This document shows positions 36,481 to 55,557 of a stretch of DNA of 64,000 bases, in pieces (within the stretch, counting starts at the first letter, position 1; each line of letters opens with the position of its first letter). This DNA is from the human T2T-CHM13v2.0 reference genome, Homo sapiens. The position numbers were made by a program, and so were the translations under genes. A model generated the notes under the pieces. It worked only from the letters and a program-made list of their open reading frames with translations, had not been told where the DNA came from and made no database searches. The stretch is taken from the NCBI RefSeq assembly GCF_009914755.1, contig NC_060935.1, one strand, 5' to 3'.

Positions 36481-36778
36481 GGCTGGCGTGGTGGCTCACA
36501 CCTGTAATCCCAGCACTTTGGGAGACCAAGGCAGGCAGATCAGAAGGTCAGGAGTTTGACACCAGCCTGACCAACATCGTGAAATCCTGTCTCTACTAAA
36601 AATACAAAAAAAAAAAAAAAAATAGCCAGGCGTGGTGGTGTGCACCTGTAATCCCAGCTACTCAGGAGGCTGAGGCAGAAAAATCACTTGAACCCAGGAG
36701 GTGGAGGTTGCAGTGAGCTGAGATGGTGCCACTGCACTCCAGCCTGGGTGACAGAGCAAAACTCCATCTCAAAAAAAA
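36481..36778 (+). mobile_element. Alu (AluSg-like)
   Basis: Full dimer; TSD caagcagtca. Confidence 0.95.
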
Positions 36779-37489
36779 GTCAAGCAGTCAAGTAATAGCC
36801 AAGCATCACAGTAACCACTAGACTGACTTGCCACACTTCCTTAACTTGCGTTGGAAAAAATACAGTTTGCATAAATTGATTTAGATAACTTATTACCCAT
36901 AGCACAACATAAAGCAAAAGCTTCTTGTTGCATGGTTCCCTTTGCTCCTCAGGTGTCATTAAGAGGTGATACAGAGATTATCTAAAGGGATGCTGCACTG
37001 TTTATGCTTCACAGCTGAGGAACAATCAGCTTTGGAAGGAATTGCTGACACACCTTCTTTATGTTTGCCTGAAAGAATACATTATTTATTACTCTGGGAT
37101 GTGAGCAAATCTCTAGAGAAAAGAGGGAAACTTTACCATTCTGAAATGTAAATACATTTTTCTGACCCAGATGGAAACACTATAAGAGAACTTTGTTCAG
37201 AAAAACATTCAGAAATGCCAGAATAATCTTCCCAAATCCACAACTAGAGTTTTAGGCAAGACAATTCCTAATGACTCCAGGTATATTAAAGTTTTAAGAT
37301 TTTCAGTGACCCAGTGATTTCTATATGTCTCTGGTCTGTTACAGTGATGAAATGTGGGATTATTTTCAGCAGCTTGTAGTGTATGTTTGAACCTTTTATA
37401 AACTTATCAATATAATTCAGTACAATAGATATTTTTCATGAAGATAAAATCTAAAATTAGGCATTATGTAGGACAAATGGGTTAATGAA

Positions 37490-37740
37490 AAATGTTCTGC
37501 AGTATATTGGACATCTATTTTTTATGAGGTATTGTGCCTCACATTTGATTTATTTTTGTCTCTCACAAGAATTATTTGAAGTTTGATTTATAATCCCATT
37601 TAGTGTATTAAACAAACAAATAAACAAAAATCTGGGCTCAAAACAGGTTATGCAAATTACTCAAGATTATATGGCTGGCAAAGAGCAAAAACCCAGGTAT
37701 TTTCTCCCTTAGGTCCTATACTTATCCCAGGCTATCTTAC
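37490..37740 (-). mobile_element. MIR fragment
   Basis: ataatcccattta...ctgggctcaaaacaggttatgcaaattactcaagatta. Confidence 0.5.
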
Positions 37741-38944
37741 CTGCCAAGCTTATATCTCATTAAGTTATTTAATTAGTTTACTAAACAGCTTTACAGAAAA
37801 CTCTATACTTCTGAGTAAAAGGGAAAGAGGAATTCAGAACACCCTAAAACTCCAGTAAAATGGCAAAGAGAGTATTATCAGAAGTTGAAATGAAAAGATT
37901 AAGCTAGAACTAAACTTTTGCTAGCTTCAGATCATTTACTTCAATTCTAACAGTGTTATCACAAATGGCTTTGAGTCTAATATTACTTTTTCAACTATGT
38001 ACTGCATTTTGGTAGTAGGAAATCCAGTTCTTAAAATTTAAAAAGAGATTTTGAAAATATTTCAGCAAGTATACAGTAATTAACACACAACAGACTTGCA
38101 CTGCTAGACATAAGATCTTCAAAGAAAATAAAAGCTAGATAATTAAGGTTTTAAGCACTTTGTTCAGCCTGTAAGAAAATGACACACCAAGGCAACTTTA
38201 TTAGTGTTACCAATAATTTAAGCAAATCACTTGAAAAATAAAATTCAAATTGCAAAAAGGAATAAAAACCCAAGCTATAATTGAAGGTGTTATACTATAA
38301 TCAAATAAAGCCAACCATGAGCTACAGAGATGTAGAATATTTAAATAGCATCAATCATGTTTAGTAATATCAAATTTAATCTAGGGAAGACTGACAAGGA
38401 GTCACTGATTTTTTACAAAGAAACTTGTAACTGATAAATTGACTTAAATCCTTGTCAGTTTAAAGCAGCAGATGTCTTAGTTTCATTAGATATGTTTTTC
38501 TCTCTCTCTAAATATTTGATTTATAATTGAGTCACCAATAGATAATGTTCATTTCTAAAATTCTTAAATCATATCCAGTGTACAGATTATCCTGAATTTA
38601 CTTTCAGCTACAACATATGGTAATGAAGAAAGGAGCCACAAGTCTTCACACAGTTATCAAAAAAATAGGAAGATACAGTCAGGCAAATTGTGGGAAAGAT
38701 GATATGTGATAGATTCAGAATGAATAGTTTTCCTGTTGGCAGAAAGACACATATTAAGTATAGGCCTCCTGGGGGCTAATGGAGAGACTAAATTACTTTC
38801 TCCATAATATTCTTCCCTAATAGAAAAAATAAGAAGAAGAAAGAAAAGAAAGGAAAATCAATGCACTTTTAAAGTCTGGAATGACAAAGGTTGAAAATGG
38901 ATAAGATAATTCAGAATTAGCTCATTTGAGTTTAAAGAGACAGT

Positions 38945-39490
38945 AATAATAATAGTCCTCATTCTACTGTTTCCTTTTATTGTGCCAGACACTTTGCTAA
39001 GTACTGCTTTTTATGAATTAGCTTAATTTTCACAAGGACCCCATGAAAGGCATACTATTAATACCTCCATTTTTGTAGGCTGACATTTTCTCTTTTTTTA
39101 AATTTAATTTCTTAATTGACAAATGATTGTACATATTCATAGGGTACATAGTGATGTTTTGACACATATAATGTGTAGTAATCAGATCAGGGTATTTCCC
39201 ATATCCATCATCTCAGAAATTTATCATTACTTTTTGTTTAAAATAGTCACTATCCTCTTTCTAGCTTTTTGAAACTATATAACATATTAACATATTATTT
39301 TTAGCTGTAGCCATCCTACAGTAATACCTTCATTCTTTTTAAGGAGAAAAACGAGACTTGGAGAGCTCAAGTAACTTCTTCAAGACTGTATAGCTAGTAA
39401 CAACAAGAAAAAAAAAACAAGACAACAACAAAATCATGATTTAAAACCACATGTGTCTGAGTCTACAACCAGTAGTATAAACATTATGCA
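38945..39490 (-). mobile_element. MIR split by an L1MA fragment
   Basis: tgtgccagacactttgctaagtact...ccatttt then gagaaaaacgagacttggagagctcaagtaactt. Confidence 0.7.
39093..39322 (-). mobile_element. Short L1MA 3' end
   Basis: attgtacatattcatagggtacatagtgatgtttt motif; TSD aatacct(c/t)catt. Confidence 0.8.
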
Positions 39491-39699
39491 ATATTCCCTT
39501 CTTGAGGAATCAGTCTTGAGAGTGGTAATTGACAAAAAATATACTACATGTAAGTCAGCATTTTTATCTGAGACCCAAACTCAAAAGGTTGCCTTCTTAA
39601 AACCTACAATCTTGAGATATACTGCCCCATAGTACATCACACCACTAAGGAAAGTTTATTGAACCACAGGGTCTTATGGCTTACTTTTCACATAAAGAC

Positions 39700-40227
39700 A
39701 GTAAAGGAGGAAATGTATACCTCTACCTGCTTTAGGGTTTTTTGGGGCTTGGCCATAGAATTGAATTGGTATAACACAAATCAAGAGAAAAAACATACAA
39801 ATGTATTTGATACATGCTTTGTATGTCACAGAGCTTTCATTTAAAAGTGAGGACCCAAAGACACAGAGTTGAGCACTTCCTGAATTAGACAAAGAGTGGT
39901 AACTTGTGAATATGTGATAAGGCTAAGGGGTTTGGACTAGAGTAGTTAATTGAGTAAAGAAGTGGCTAAAAAGATAAGTGTTAGTCTAACAATGTTTCTA
40001 CAGATTTCCCTCACGTCAACTCTTCATTCTTTTTGATCAGAATGATACTTTTTTTCTAGTATAGGAAGGGCATCTTTCACATCAAAATTCCATCTCCTAC
40101 TTTCAAGAAATGGAATGAAAGTTAGAGTGATCCTGTTGCATCTGCTGTTTCTCCAGTGCCTTTAACTCAATATTACCAATATGCTAGAGCAGCATAGCTT
40201 GCAGTAGCATATTCGTAACTTTTTCAA
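39700..40227 (-). mobile_element. ERV1-class LTR (MER34-like)
   Basis: Similar layout to the LTR at 16057-16673; tgcctttaactcaatattaccaatatgc terminus. Confidence 0.6.
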
Positions 40228-40648
40228 GACACTCTATATTAGTCCCATTCCTATTTTCCTGCTTACCTCAGTCACTGCCAGAAGTCAGATTCTTCCCATT
40301 ATCAAACAAGATTCAGTTACTCACTTCTATAATTTTCTACACATCTTCCACTTAGATCCAATTCCTTTCTCTTCCACTGGAACTTTGTGATCATCTTCAC
40401 TATTGGTGGCAATTTTCTTAATATCTTATGAGAATGTATGCCCTTTAGCCTTTATTTTTTAAATTGAAATATGTTTGGTACCCTAGGATACTACTTTTCC
40501 CATTGTTCTTTCAAGCTAACACTTGTTTGTGTTTCATCAAACACTGTGTACCATAGAGCTTGAAGCTAGGATTTGTGTCCCTGTCAAAACATTATTCCTC
40601 CTCTTATAGTCTTTGTCACTTTGAGCCTCATGACACTGACTTTCTCTC

Positions 40649-40670
40649 TAGATAGATAGATAGATAGATA
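40649..40670. repeat. (TAGA)n microsatellite
   Basis: Directly visible. Confidence 0.9.
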
Positions 40671-40727
40671 AATCTGTCTATACACACTTTGATATATACA
40701 TACCTATAGTCACCTATAAATATTTAA

Positions 40728-41016
<289 letters not shown>

Positions 41017-41419
41017 TAAATGTTATTGAACACAAACATACATATACACACAGAATCATTCTATTTGTTGCTTTCCTTTATTGATATTTGATCACTCCCC
41101 ACATTTATAAAAGCTTTATATCCTAGTTCCTATGTTTCCTCAACTCTTATAATTTTTCAAGTCTTCATATATCAAATAAATAAATCATCCAACATTCTCA
41201 TTCATTGACCTCCCTCATTTCCAGTTACCCTTTTTCCTGACTCTGTCTCAGCAACTTGTGTTAATGTTCAAACATTTGATTTGGTAGACCTTCTATGAAA
41301 CCACAGTTTCAAACCATTTACCAACTGCTTTTGATTATTCCTCAAATTCTTTAGGTTCCCTAACTTCAAGACATTAAAAACAAGTTTTGGTACTAACCGG
41401 TGCTTGCTCTTCATTAGAA

Positions 41420-41955
41420 ATACAATGCAAACAACATATATAAATTTAGATTTTTAATAGCACATTTTTAAAGTAAATTAATTTTGTCTGTTTCTTCTTT
41501 TAACTGTATTTTAACTGAGTATATCCAAAATATTATAATTTCAACATGTTAACTATAGACAAGTTATTGAAATATTTTACTTTCTCTTTTTTTTTTTGAG
41601 ACAGAGTCTCGCTCTCTCCCCCAGGCTGGACTGCAGTGGAGCAATCTCGGCTCACTGCAAGCTCGGCCTCCCGGGGTTCACGCCATTCTTCTGCCTCAGC
41701 CTCCGGAGTAGCTGGGACAACAGTCACCTGCCACCACACCTGGCTAATTTTTTGTATTTTTAGTAGAGATGGGGTTTCACCATGTTAGCCAGGATGGTCT
41801 CGATCTCCTGACCTTGTGATCCGCCTGCCTTGGCCTCCCAAAGTGCTGGGATTACAGGCGTGAGCCACCGCACCTGGCCTACTTCCTCTTTTTATGCTGT
41901 ATCTTTGAGAAGCATGATGCACAAGCATATTTCCATTTGGATTAATTATAGTCGA
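41420..41955. mobile_element. hAT-Charlie DNA transposon relic (MER33-like), split by an Alu
   Basis: tatatccaaaatattataatttcaacatg...gaaatattttac motif. Confidence 0.6.
41587..41879 (-). mobile_element. AluY
   Basis: AluY diagnostics; TSD tactt(t/c)ctcttttt. Confidence 0.95.
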
Positions 41956-42720
41956 GAGCTCAGATACAGCTCAATATGGAACCAAGAAGGTAAACACAGT
42001 ATACATAGATAAGTTTTAGAAGATTTGGATAGGTTAGAAGCAAGAGTTATCATAACACTTTAGTATTTTCTTCATTACTGATACAATTAACTTGATTATT
42101 CCTTTTTACTGAAGGATTTTTTCTAATACTTATTTTCTTTGACTTTTAAGTTCAGGGGTACATGTGCAGGTTCGTTACATAGGTAAACTTGCGTCATGCA
42201 GATTTGTTGTACAGATTATTTCGTCATACAGGTATTAAGCCTAATACTCATTAGTTGTTTTTTTCTGATCCTCTTCCTCCTTCAACCCTCCACTCTCCAT
42301 TAGGCCCCAGTGTGTGTTGTTCCCCTCTATGTGTTCATGTGTTCTGATTATTTACCGCTTGTAAGTGACAACATGTGATATTTGGTTTTCTGTTCCGGCA
42401 TTAGTTTGCTGAGGATAATGGCCTCTAGATCCACCCATGTCCCTACGATGATGTGATCTCATTTTTATGGCTGCACAGTATTCCACAGTGTATATGTACC
42501 ACATTTTATTCATCCAGTCTATTATTGATGGGCATTTAGGTTGACTCCATGTCTTTGCTATTTTGAATAGTGCTGTAATGAACATACACATGCATGTGTC
42601 TTTATAATGGGATGATATATATTCTTTTGGGTGTATACTCAGTATTGGGATTGCTGGTCGAATGGTATTTCTGTCTTTAAGTCTTTGAGGAATTGCCACA
42701 CTGTCTTCCATAATGGTTAA

Positions 42721-43422
<702 letters not shown>

Positions 43423-44771
43423 TTGACTTTTTAATAAGAGACATTTTGACTGGTGTGAGATGGTATCTCACTTTAGTTTTGATTTGCATTTCTCTAATGA
43501 TCATGTTTAGCTTGTTTTTATGTGCTTGTTGGCCACATGTATGACTTCTGTTGAGAAGTGTCTGTTCATGTCCTTTGCCCACTTTTTAATGGGGTTGGTT
43601 TTCTTGTAAATTTAAGTTCCTTATAGATGCTGGATATTAGACCTTTGTTGGATGCATAATTTGCAAACATGTTCTCCCATTCTGTAGGTTGTCTGTTTGC
43701 TGTGTTGATAGTTTTTGTTTGTTTGTTGCTGTGCAACTCTTTAGTTAGATCCCATGTGTCAATTTTTGCTTTTGTTGCAATTGCTTTGGGCATCTTCATC
43801 ATTAAATCTTTGCCCATGCCTATGTCCTGAATGGTATTGCCTTGGTTGTCTTCCAGGGTTTTTATAGTTTGGGGTTTTACATTTAAGTCTTTAATTCATC
43901 TTGAGTTAATTTCTGTATATGAGGTAAGGAAGGGGTCCAATTTCAATCCTGCATATGGCTAGCCAGTTATCCCAGCACCATTTATTGAATAAGGAGTCTT
44001 TTTCCCATTGCTTGTTTTTGTCAGTTTTGTCAAATATAAGATAGTTGTAAGTGTGTGGCCTTATGTCTGGGTTCTCTATTCTGTTCCATTGGTCTATGTA
44101 TATGTTTTTGTACCAGTACCATGCTGTTTGGTTACTGTAAGCCTTTAGTATAGTTTGAAGTTGGGTAATGTGATGTTTCCAGCCTTGTTATTTTTGCTTA
44201 GAATTGCCTTGGTTATTTGGACTTGTTTTTGGTTACATTTGAATTTTAAAATCGATTTTTTCTAGTTCTGTGAAGAATCTCAGTGGTAGTTTAATAGGAA
44301 TAGCATTAATTCTATAAATTGCTTTGGGAAGTATGGCCACTTTAACAATATTGATTCTTCCTATCCATGAGCATAGAGTGTTTTTCCATTTGTTTATGTC
44401 ATCACTGATTTCTTTAAACAGTGATTTGTAGTCCTCCTTGTAGAGATCTTTCACCTCCCTAGTTAGCTATATTCCTTGGTATTTTATTCTTTTTTGTGAC
44501 AATTGTGAATGGGATTTTGTTCCTGATTTGGCTGTTGGTTTTACTCTTTTTATTATTATTATTATTATTATACTTTAAGTTTTAGGGTACATGCGCACAA
44601 AGTGCAGGTTAATTACATATGTATACATGTGCCATGTTGGTGTGCTACACCCATTAACTCGTCATTTAACATTAGGTATATCTCCTAATGCTATCCCTCC
44701 CCCGTCCCCCCACCCCACAATAGTCCCCGGTGTGTGATGTTCCCCTTCCTTTGTCCATGTGTTCTCATTGT

Positions 44772-48592
<3,821 letters not shown>

Positions 48593-48656
48593 TTATGACA
48601 TTAGCTGGTTATTTTGCTCGTTAGTTGATGCAGTTTCTTCCTAGCCTCGATGGTCT

Positions 48657-49616
48657 TTACAATTTGGCATGTTTTTGCAGTGGCTGGTACTGGTTGTTCC
48701 TTTCCATGTTCATCACTTCCTTCAGGAGCTCTTTTAGGGCAGGCCTGGTGATGACAAAATCTCTCAGCATTTGCTTGTCTGTAAAGGATTTTATTTCTCC
48801 TTCACTTATGAAGCTTAGTTTGGCTGGATGTGAAATTCTGGGTTGAAAATTCTTTTCTTTAAGAATGTTGAATATTGGCCCTCACTCTCTTCTGGCTTGT
48901 AGAGTTTCTGCCGAGAGATCAGCTGTTAGTCTGATGGGCTTCCTTTTGTGGGTAACCCAACCTTTCTCTCTGGCTGCCCTTAACATTTTTTCCTTCATTT
49001 CAACTTTGGTGAATCTGACAATTATGTGTCTTGGAGTTGCTCTTCTCCAGGAGTATCTTTGTGGCATTCTCTGTATTTCCTGAATTTGAATGTCGGCCTG
49101 CCTTGCTAGATTGGGTATGTTCTCCTGGATAATATCTTGCAGAGTGTTTTCCAACTTGGTTCCATTCTCCCCATCACTTTCAGGTACAACAATCAGACAT
49201 AGATTTGGTCTTTTCACATAGTCCCATATTTCTTGGAGGCTTTGTTCATTTCTTTTTATTCTTTTTTCTCTAAACTTCTCGCTTCATTTCATTCATTTGA
49301 TCTTCCATCACTGATACCCTTTCTTCCAGTTGATCGAATCGGCTACTGAGGCATATGCATTCGTCACGTAGTTCTCATGCCTTGGTTTTCAGCTCCATCA
49401 GGTCCTTTAAGGACTTCTCTGCATTGGTTATTCTAGTTAGCCATTCGTCTAATTTTTTTTCAAGGTTTTTAACTTCTTTGCCATGGGTTCGAACTTCTTC
49501 CTTTAGCTTGGAGTAGTTTGATCATCTGAAGCCTTCTTCTCTCAACTCGTCAAAGTCATTCTCCATCCAACTTTGTTCTGTTGCTGGTGAGGAGCTGCGT
49601 TCCTTTGGAGGAGACT
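48657..49616 (-). pseudogene. Disrupted, 5'-truncated L1 ORF1
   Basis: KRPNL..ESDGENGTKLENTLQDIIQEN..PRHIIVRFTKVEMKEK peptide; ends QKHAKL-stop. Confidence 0.93.
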
Positions 49617-52004
49617 GGTGGTGATTTTTGTACATTGATTTTGTATCCTGAAACTTTGCTTAAGTTTTTTATCAGCTTAAGAAGCTTTTGGGATGAGACA
49701 ATGGGTTTTTCTAGATATATGATTATGTCATCTGCAAAAAGGGATAGTTTGGCTTCCCCTCTCCATATTTGGATACCCCTTATTTCTTTGTCTTGTCTGA
49801 TTGCCCTGTCTAGGACTTCCACATACTATGTTGAATAGGAGTGGTGAGAGAGGGAATTCTTGTCTTGTGCCAGTTTTCAAGGGGAATACTTCTAGATTTT
49901 GCCCATTCAGTATGATGTTGGCTGTGGGTTTGTCATGGATGGCTTTTATTATTCTGAGGTATGTTCCTCCAATACCTAGTTTATTGAGAGTTTTTTATGT
50001 GAATGGATATATTGAATTTTATCCAAAGCCTTTTCTGCATCTGTTGAGATAATCGTGTGGTTTTTGTCTTTAGTTCTGTTTAAGTGATGACTCACATTTA
50101 TTGATTTGCATATGTTGAACCAACCTTGTATCCCAGGGATAAACCCTACTTGATTATGGTAGATAAGCTTTTTGATATGCTGCTGCATTCAGTTTGCATG
50201 CATTTTGTTGAGGATTTTTGCATTGATGTTCATCAAGAATACTGGCTTAAAGTTTTCTTTTTGTGGTATCTCTACCAGGTTTTCGTGTCAGGATGATGCT
50301 GTCCTTGTAGAAGGAGTTAGAGAGGGGTGCCTCCTCCTCAATTTTTTGGAATTGTTTCTGTAGAAATGGTACAGGCTGTTTTTTTTGTTTTGTTTTGTTT
50401 TGTTTTGTACATCTGGTAGAATTCAGCTGTGAATCCCTCTGGTCCTGGACTTTTTTTGGTTGGTAGGCTATTTATTACTGCCTCAATTTCATAGCTCATT
50501 ATTGGTCAGTTCGAGGATTCTATTTCTTCCTTGTTCAGTCTTGGGAGGGTGTATGTGTCCAGGAATTTATCCATTTCTTCTAGATTTTCTAGTTTATAGG
50601 CATAGAAGTGTTAGAGTATTTTCTGATGATTGTTTTCTGAGGGGTCAGTGGTCATATCCTCCTTGTCATTTCTGATTGCAATGACTTAAATCACTCTTTT
50701 CTTCTTTATTAGTCTAGCTAGTGGTCTATGTATTTTATTAATTTTTGCAAATAATAGCTCCTGGATTTGTTGATCTTTGGATTTTTTTTTTTATCTCCGT
50801 CTCCCCAAGCTCAGCTCTGATTTTGGTTATTTCTTGTCTTCTCCTAGCTTTGAAATTTGTTTGCTCTAGGTTCTCTAGTTTTTTAAGTTGTGATGTTAAG
50901 TTGTTAACTTAAGGTCTTTCTAACTTTTTGATGTGGGTATTTATTGCTATAAATTTCCCTCTTAACACTGCCTTAGCTCCACCCCAGAGATTCTGGTATT
51001 TTGTGTATTCTCATTAGTTTTAAAGAACTTCTTGATGTCTGCCTTAATTTTATTATTTACCCAAAAGTCACTCAGGAGTAGGTTATTCAATTTTCATGTA
51101 ATAGTGTGGTTTTGAGTGAATTTCTTAGTCTTGATTTCTAATTTGATTGCACTGTGATCCAAGAGACTGTTATGATTTCAGTTATTTTGCATTGGCTGAG
51201 GAGTGTTTTACTTGTGATAATGTGATTGATTTTAGTGTATATGCCGTGCAGCAATGAGAAGAGTGTGTATTCTGTTGTTTTGGGATGCAAAGTTCAGTAG
51301 ATACCTATCAGGTCCATTTGCTCCAGTGATAAGTTCAGGTCCTGATAATCTTTGTTAATTTTCTGTCTCAATGATCTGTCTAACATTGTCAGTGGGATGT
51401 TAAAGTCTACCCCTATTATTTTGTGGGAATCTAAGTCTCTTCGAAGATCTCTAAGAGCTTGCTTTATGAATCGGATTGCTTCTGTCTTGCGTGCACATAT
51501 TTTTAGGATAATTAGATCTTGTTTACTTGAACCCTTTACCATTATGTAATACCCTTCTTTGTCTTTTCTGATTTTTGTTGGTTTAAATACATTTGTCAGG
51601 GATTAGGATTGGAACCCCTGCTTTTTTTCTGTTTTCCATTTGCTTGATATTTTTCTTCATTCCTTTATTTTGGGCCTATGTGTGTCATTGCATGTGAGAT
51701 GGATCTCTTGAAGAGTGCATACCAATGAGTTTTGGTTCTTTATTCAGCTTGCCATTCTGTGACTTTTAATTGGGCCATTTAGCCCATTTACATTTAAGGT
51801 TAGTTTTGATATATGTAGATTTGATCTTGTCATCCTTAAGTTAGCTGGTTATTCTGCAGACTTATTTATGTCGTTGCTTTATAGTGTCACTGGTGTGTGT
51901 ATTTCAGTGTGTTTTTGTAGGGGCTGGTAACAGTCTTTCCTTTCCATATTTAGTGCTTCCTCATTAGCTCTTGTAAGGCTTGTCTGGTGGTAACAAATTC
52001 CTCA

Positions 52005-52160
52005 CTCTGCTATGAAGGAATACCTGAGACTGAGTATTTATAAAGAAAATAGGTTTAATTTATTCACAGTTATGCATAGCTGGGGAGGCCTCAGGAAACT
52101 TACAATCATAGTGGAAGCCATCTCTTCACAGGGTGGCAGTAGAGAGAATGACTGCAAGCA
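52005..52160 (-). mobile_element. THE1/MST MaLR LTR fragment
   Basis: tacctgagactg...ggggaggcctcaggaaacttacaatcat motif; both termini missing. Confidence 0.85.
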
Positions 52161-53869
52161 TCAAATTGTGAAAAGATATGGAGAAACCTAAAATGAAAGA
52201 AGCCAGTCTGAAAAAGTTACATACTCTAAGACTCTCACTATATGACATTCTGGACAAGACAGAACTATAGAGACAGTTTTTACAAAACTTTAGTTTCCAG
52301 AGGTTCAGTGGCTGATGATGGGGAGGTAAGAGGGATGAATATGTGAAGAACAGGGCATTTGTAGGTTAGTGAAAGTATTCATTATAACCCTGAAATGGTG
52401 GATACATGAGTTTATGCAATTGTCAAAACCAACAGAATAGTACCATAATGTGGACTAGCAACGTTAATAATAATTTCTCAATATTGGTTGATCAATGATA
52501 AACATATGCTCCACTAATGTAATAGGTTAATAATGGGGAAAACTGTGTAGGGGTAGAGAGGGAATACTTTCTGCTCAATATTTTAAACTAAGAAAGTTTA
52601 CAAAACTAATTTTTAATTAAAAAAGAAAAATTATCTGCAATAGGCAACATTAAGAGAATGAAAAATAAGCTGGGAGAAAATATTAGTAAAGCACAAATCT
52701 GATAGAGAAATTGTATTCTAGGCATACAAATAACTAGAAAACAACCCAGTTAAATATGGGCAAAAGATCTGAGCAGATACCTCACCAAAAAAATTATATT
52801 TTATATATGTATGATTTGTGTATGTTTAATATATATATGTGTGTATTATACATATAGATGGCAAGTAGGCATACAAAAGGATGCTCAAGATCATTTGTCA
52901 TGAGGGAAATGCAAATTAAAATGACAATGATATATCACTGCATACCTATTAAAATGCCTAAAACTGAAAAATCTAACAATATCAAATGCTGGTGAATATA
53001 AGGAAAAATGCAAACTCTCATGCATTGCTGGTAGGAAAGCTTAAATGATATAACCCTTTTGGAAGACAATTGGGCGGTTTCTTATAAAGCTAAACATTGC
53101 CATACCATATGATCCAGCAATCATTCTTCTAGTTATTTAGCCAACTGATTTAGAAACTTTTATCCACACATAGTGTGCATGTGAATGTTTATGTCAGCTT
53201 TGTTCATTATTGGCAAAAACTGGAAACAACCAATATGTCCTTCTATAGGAAATGGCTACACAAACTGTGGTACATCTATGCATGGAGGACATTATGTTAA
53301 GTGAAATAAGCCAGGAACAGAAAGTTAAACACCGCATGTTCTCACTCATATGCAAAAGCTAAAAAAAGTTGATCTCATAGATATAGAAAGTAGAACAGAG
53401 GATACTAGAGGCAGAGAAGGGTAAGGGAAAGAGGAGGAAATAGAGATTTGTTTAAAGATGTAGACTTACAGCTAGATAGAAAGAATAAGTTGTAGTGTTC
53501 TATGGAATTATAGGATGACTAGAGCTGGCAAAAATATATTGTACAGTTTCAAACAGCTAGAAAGAGGATATTAAATGTTTCCAACAAAAAGAAATGTGTT
53601 CAAGATGATGGATATGCTAATTACCCTGATCTGATTACTATACATTATATAAATCAAATATTACTATGTATTTGGTAAATATGTACAATTATTACATGCC
53701 AATTTAATAAATAAAATGAATAACCAAGCTGTGGAAATATATGGATAAACCTTAAATATTTATTGCTAAATAAAATGAGCCATTCTCAACAGTCTGCATA
53801 CTACAGGATTCCAACTATATGACATTCCAGGAAAGGCCAAATTGTGGAGACAATAAAAAGATCAGTGGT

Positions 53870-54212
<343 letters not shown>

Positions 54213-54341
54213 CTAGATGAAGCATATGGGATGTTCTACTACAGTAAAACTATAATGTATAATTATGTAATGGTGAGTACATGACAACATATATTAATTA
54301 GTAAAAATTCATAAAACTATTCAATGCAAATAGTGAGCCTT

Positions 54342-54637
54342 GGCCACTTATGATGTCTGATGCCTGTAATCCTAGCACTTTGGGAGGCCAAGGCAGGAGG
54401 ATCGCTTGAGCCCAGGAGTTCACAACAAGCCTGGGCAACATAGCAAAATCTTGTCTCTACAGAAAATACAAAAAATTAGCCAGACATGGCAGCGCACCCC
54501 TTTGGTCCCAACTACTCGGGAGGCTGAGAGGTGGGAAGATTGCTTGAGCTTGGGAGGTTGAGTCTGCAGAGAGCCATGATTGTGTCACTGCACTCCAGCC
54601 TGGGCAACAGAGCAAGACCCAGTCTCAAAAAAGAAAG
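54342..54637 (+). mobile_element. AluJ
   Basis: gaggatcgcttgagcccaggagtt diagnostics. Confidence 0.92.
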
Positions 54638-54958
54638 TCAATTTAAATGTGTACAGTGAAATTATTAGGAGCTAAACAGAAAAGGAGATTACAAGAAAGA
54701 ATGGAGACACTGATAATCAAAACTCTGTTACATTATATGAAACAACCTCACTAAATGATGTGTGGGAAAAAGTACTAACCTAAGTAACTTCATAAATGAG
54801 AAAGACTAAAAGCAAAGCAAGGTGCTTATAAGCACTGTACTCTAGTTGACAACATTTCCTATGGGGGTAGTGGTTAACAATTCTGATATTGTTATGCATG
54901 TATATTGAAACAGAACAACTAAGGAAATTATTGACATCTAATAAGAGTGAGGTTTCTC

Positions 54959-55402
<444 letters not shown>

Positions 55403-55436
55403 TTATATAGATCCAAATGATTACATAGAGAAACCA

Positions 55437-55557
55437 ACCTACCTACCTACCTTCCTTCCTTCCTTCTCTCCTTCCCTCCTTCCTTCTTTCCCTCCTTCTC
55501 ACCTTCCCGCTGCCTGCCTGCCTTCCTTTCTTCCCTTCCTTCCTTCTTTCTTTCTTT
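55437..55557. repeat. (CCTA)n(CCTT)n pyrimidine-rich simple repeat
   Basis: Directly visible. Confidence 0.92.
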
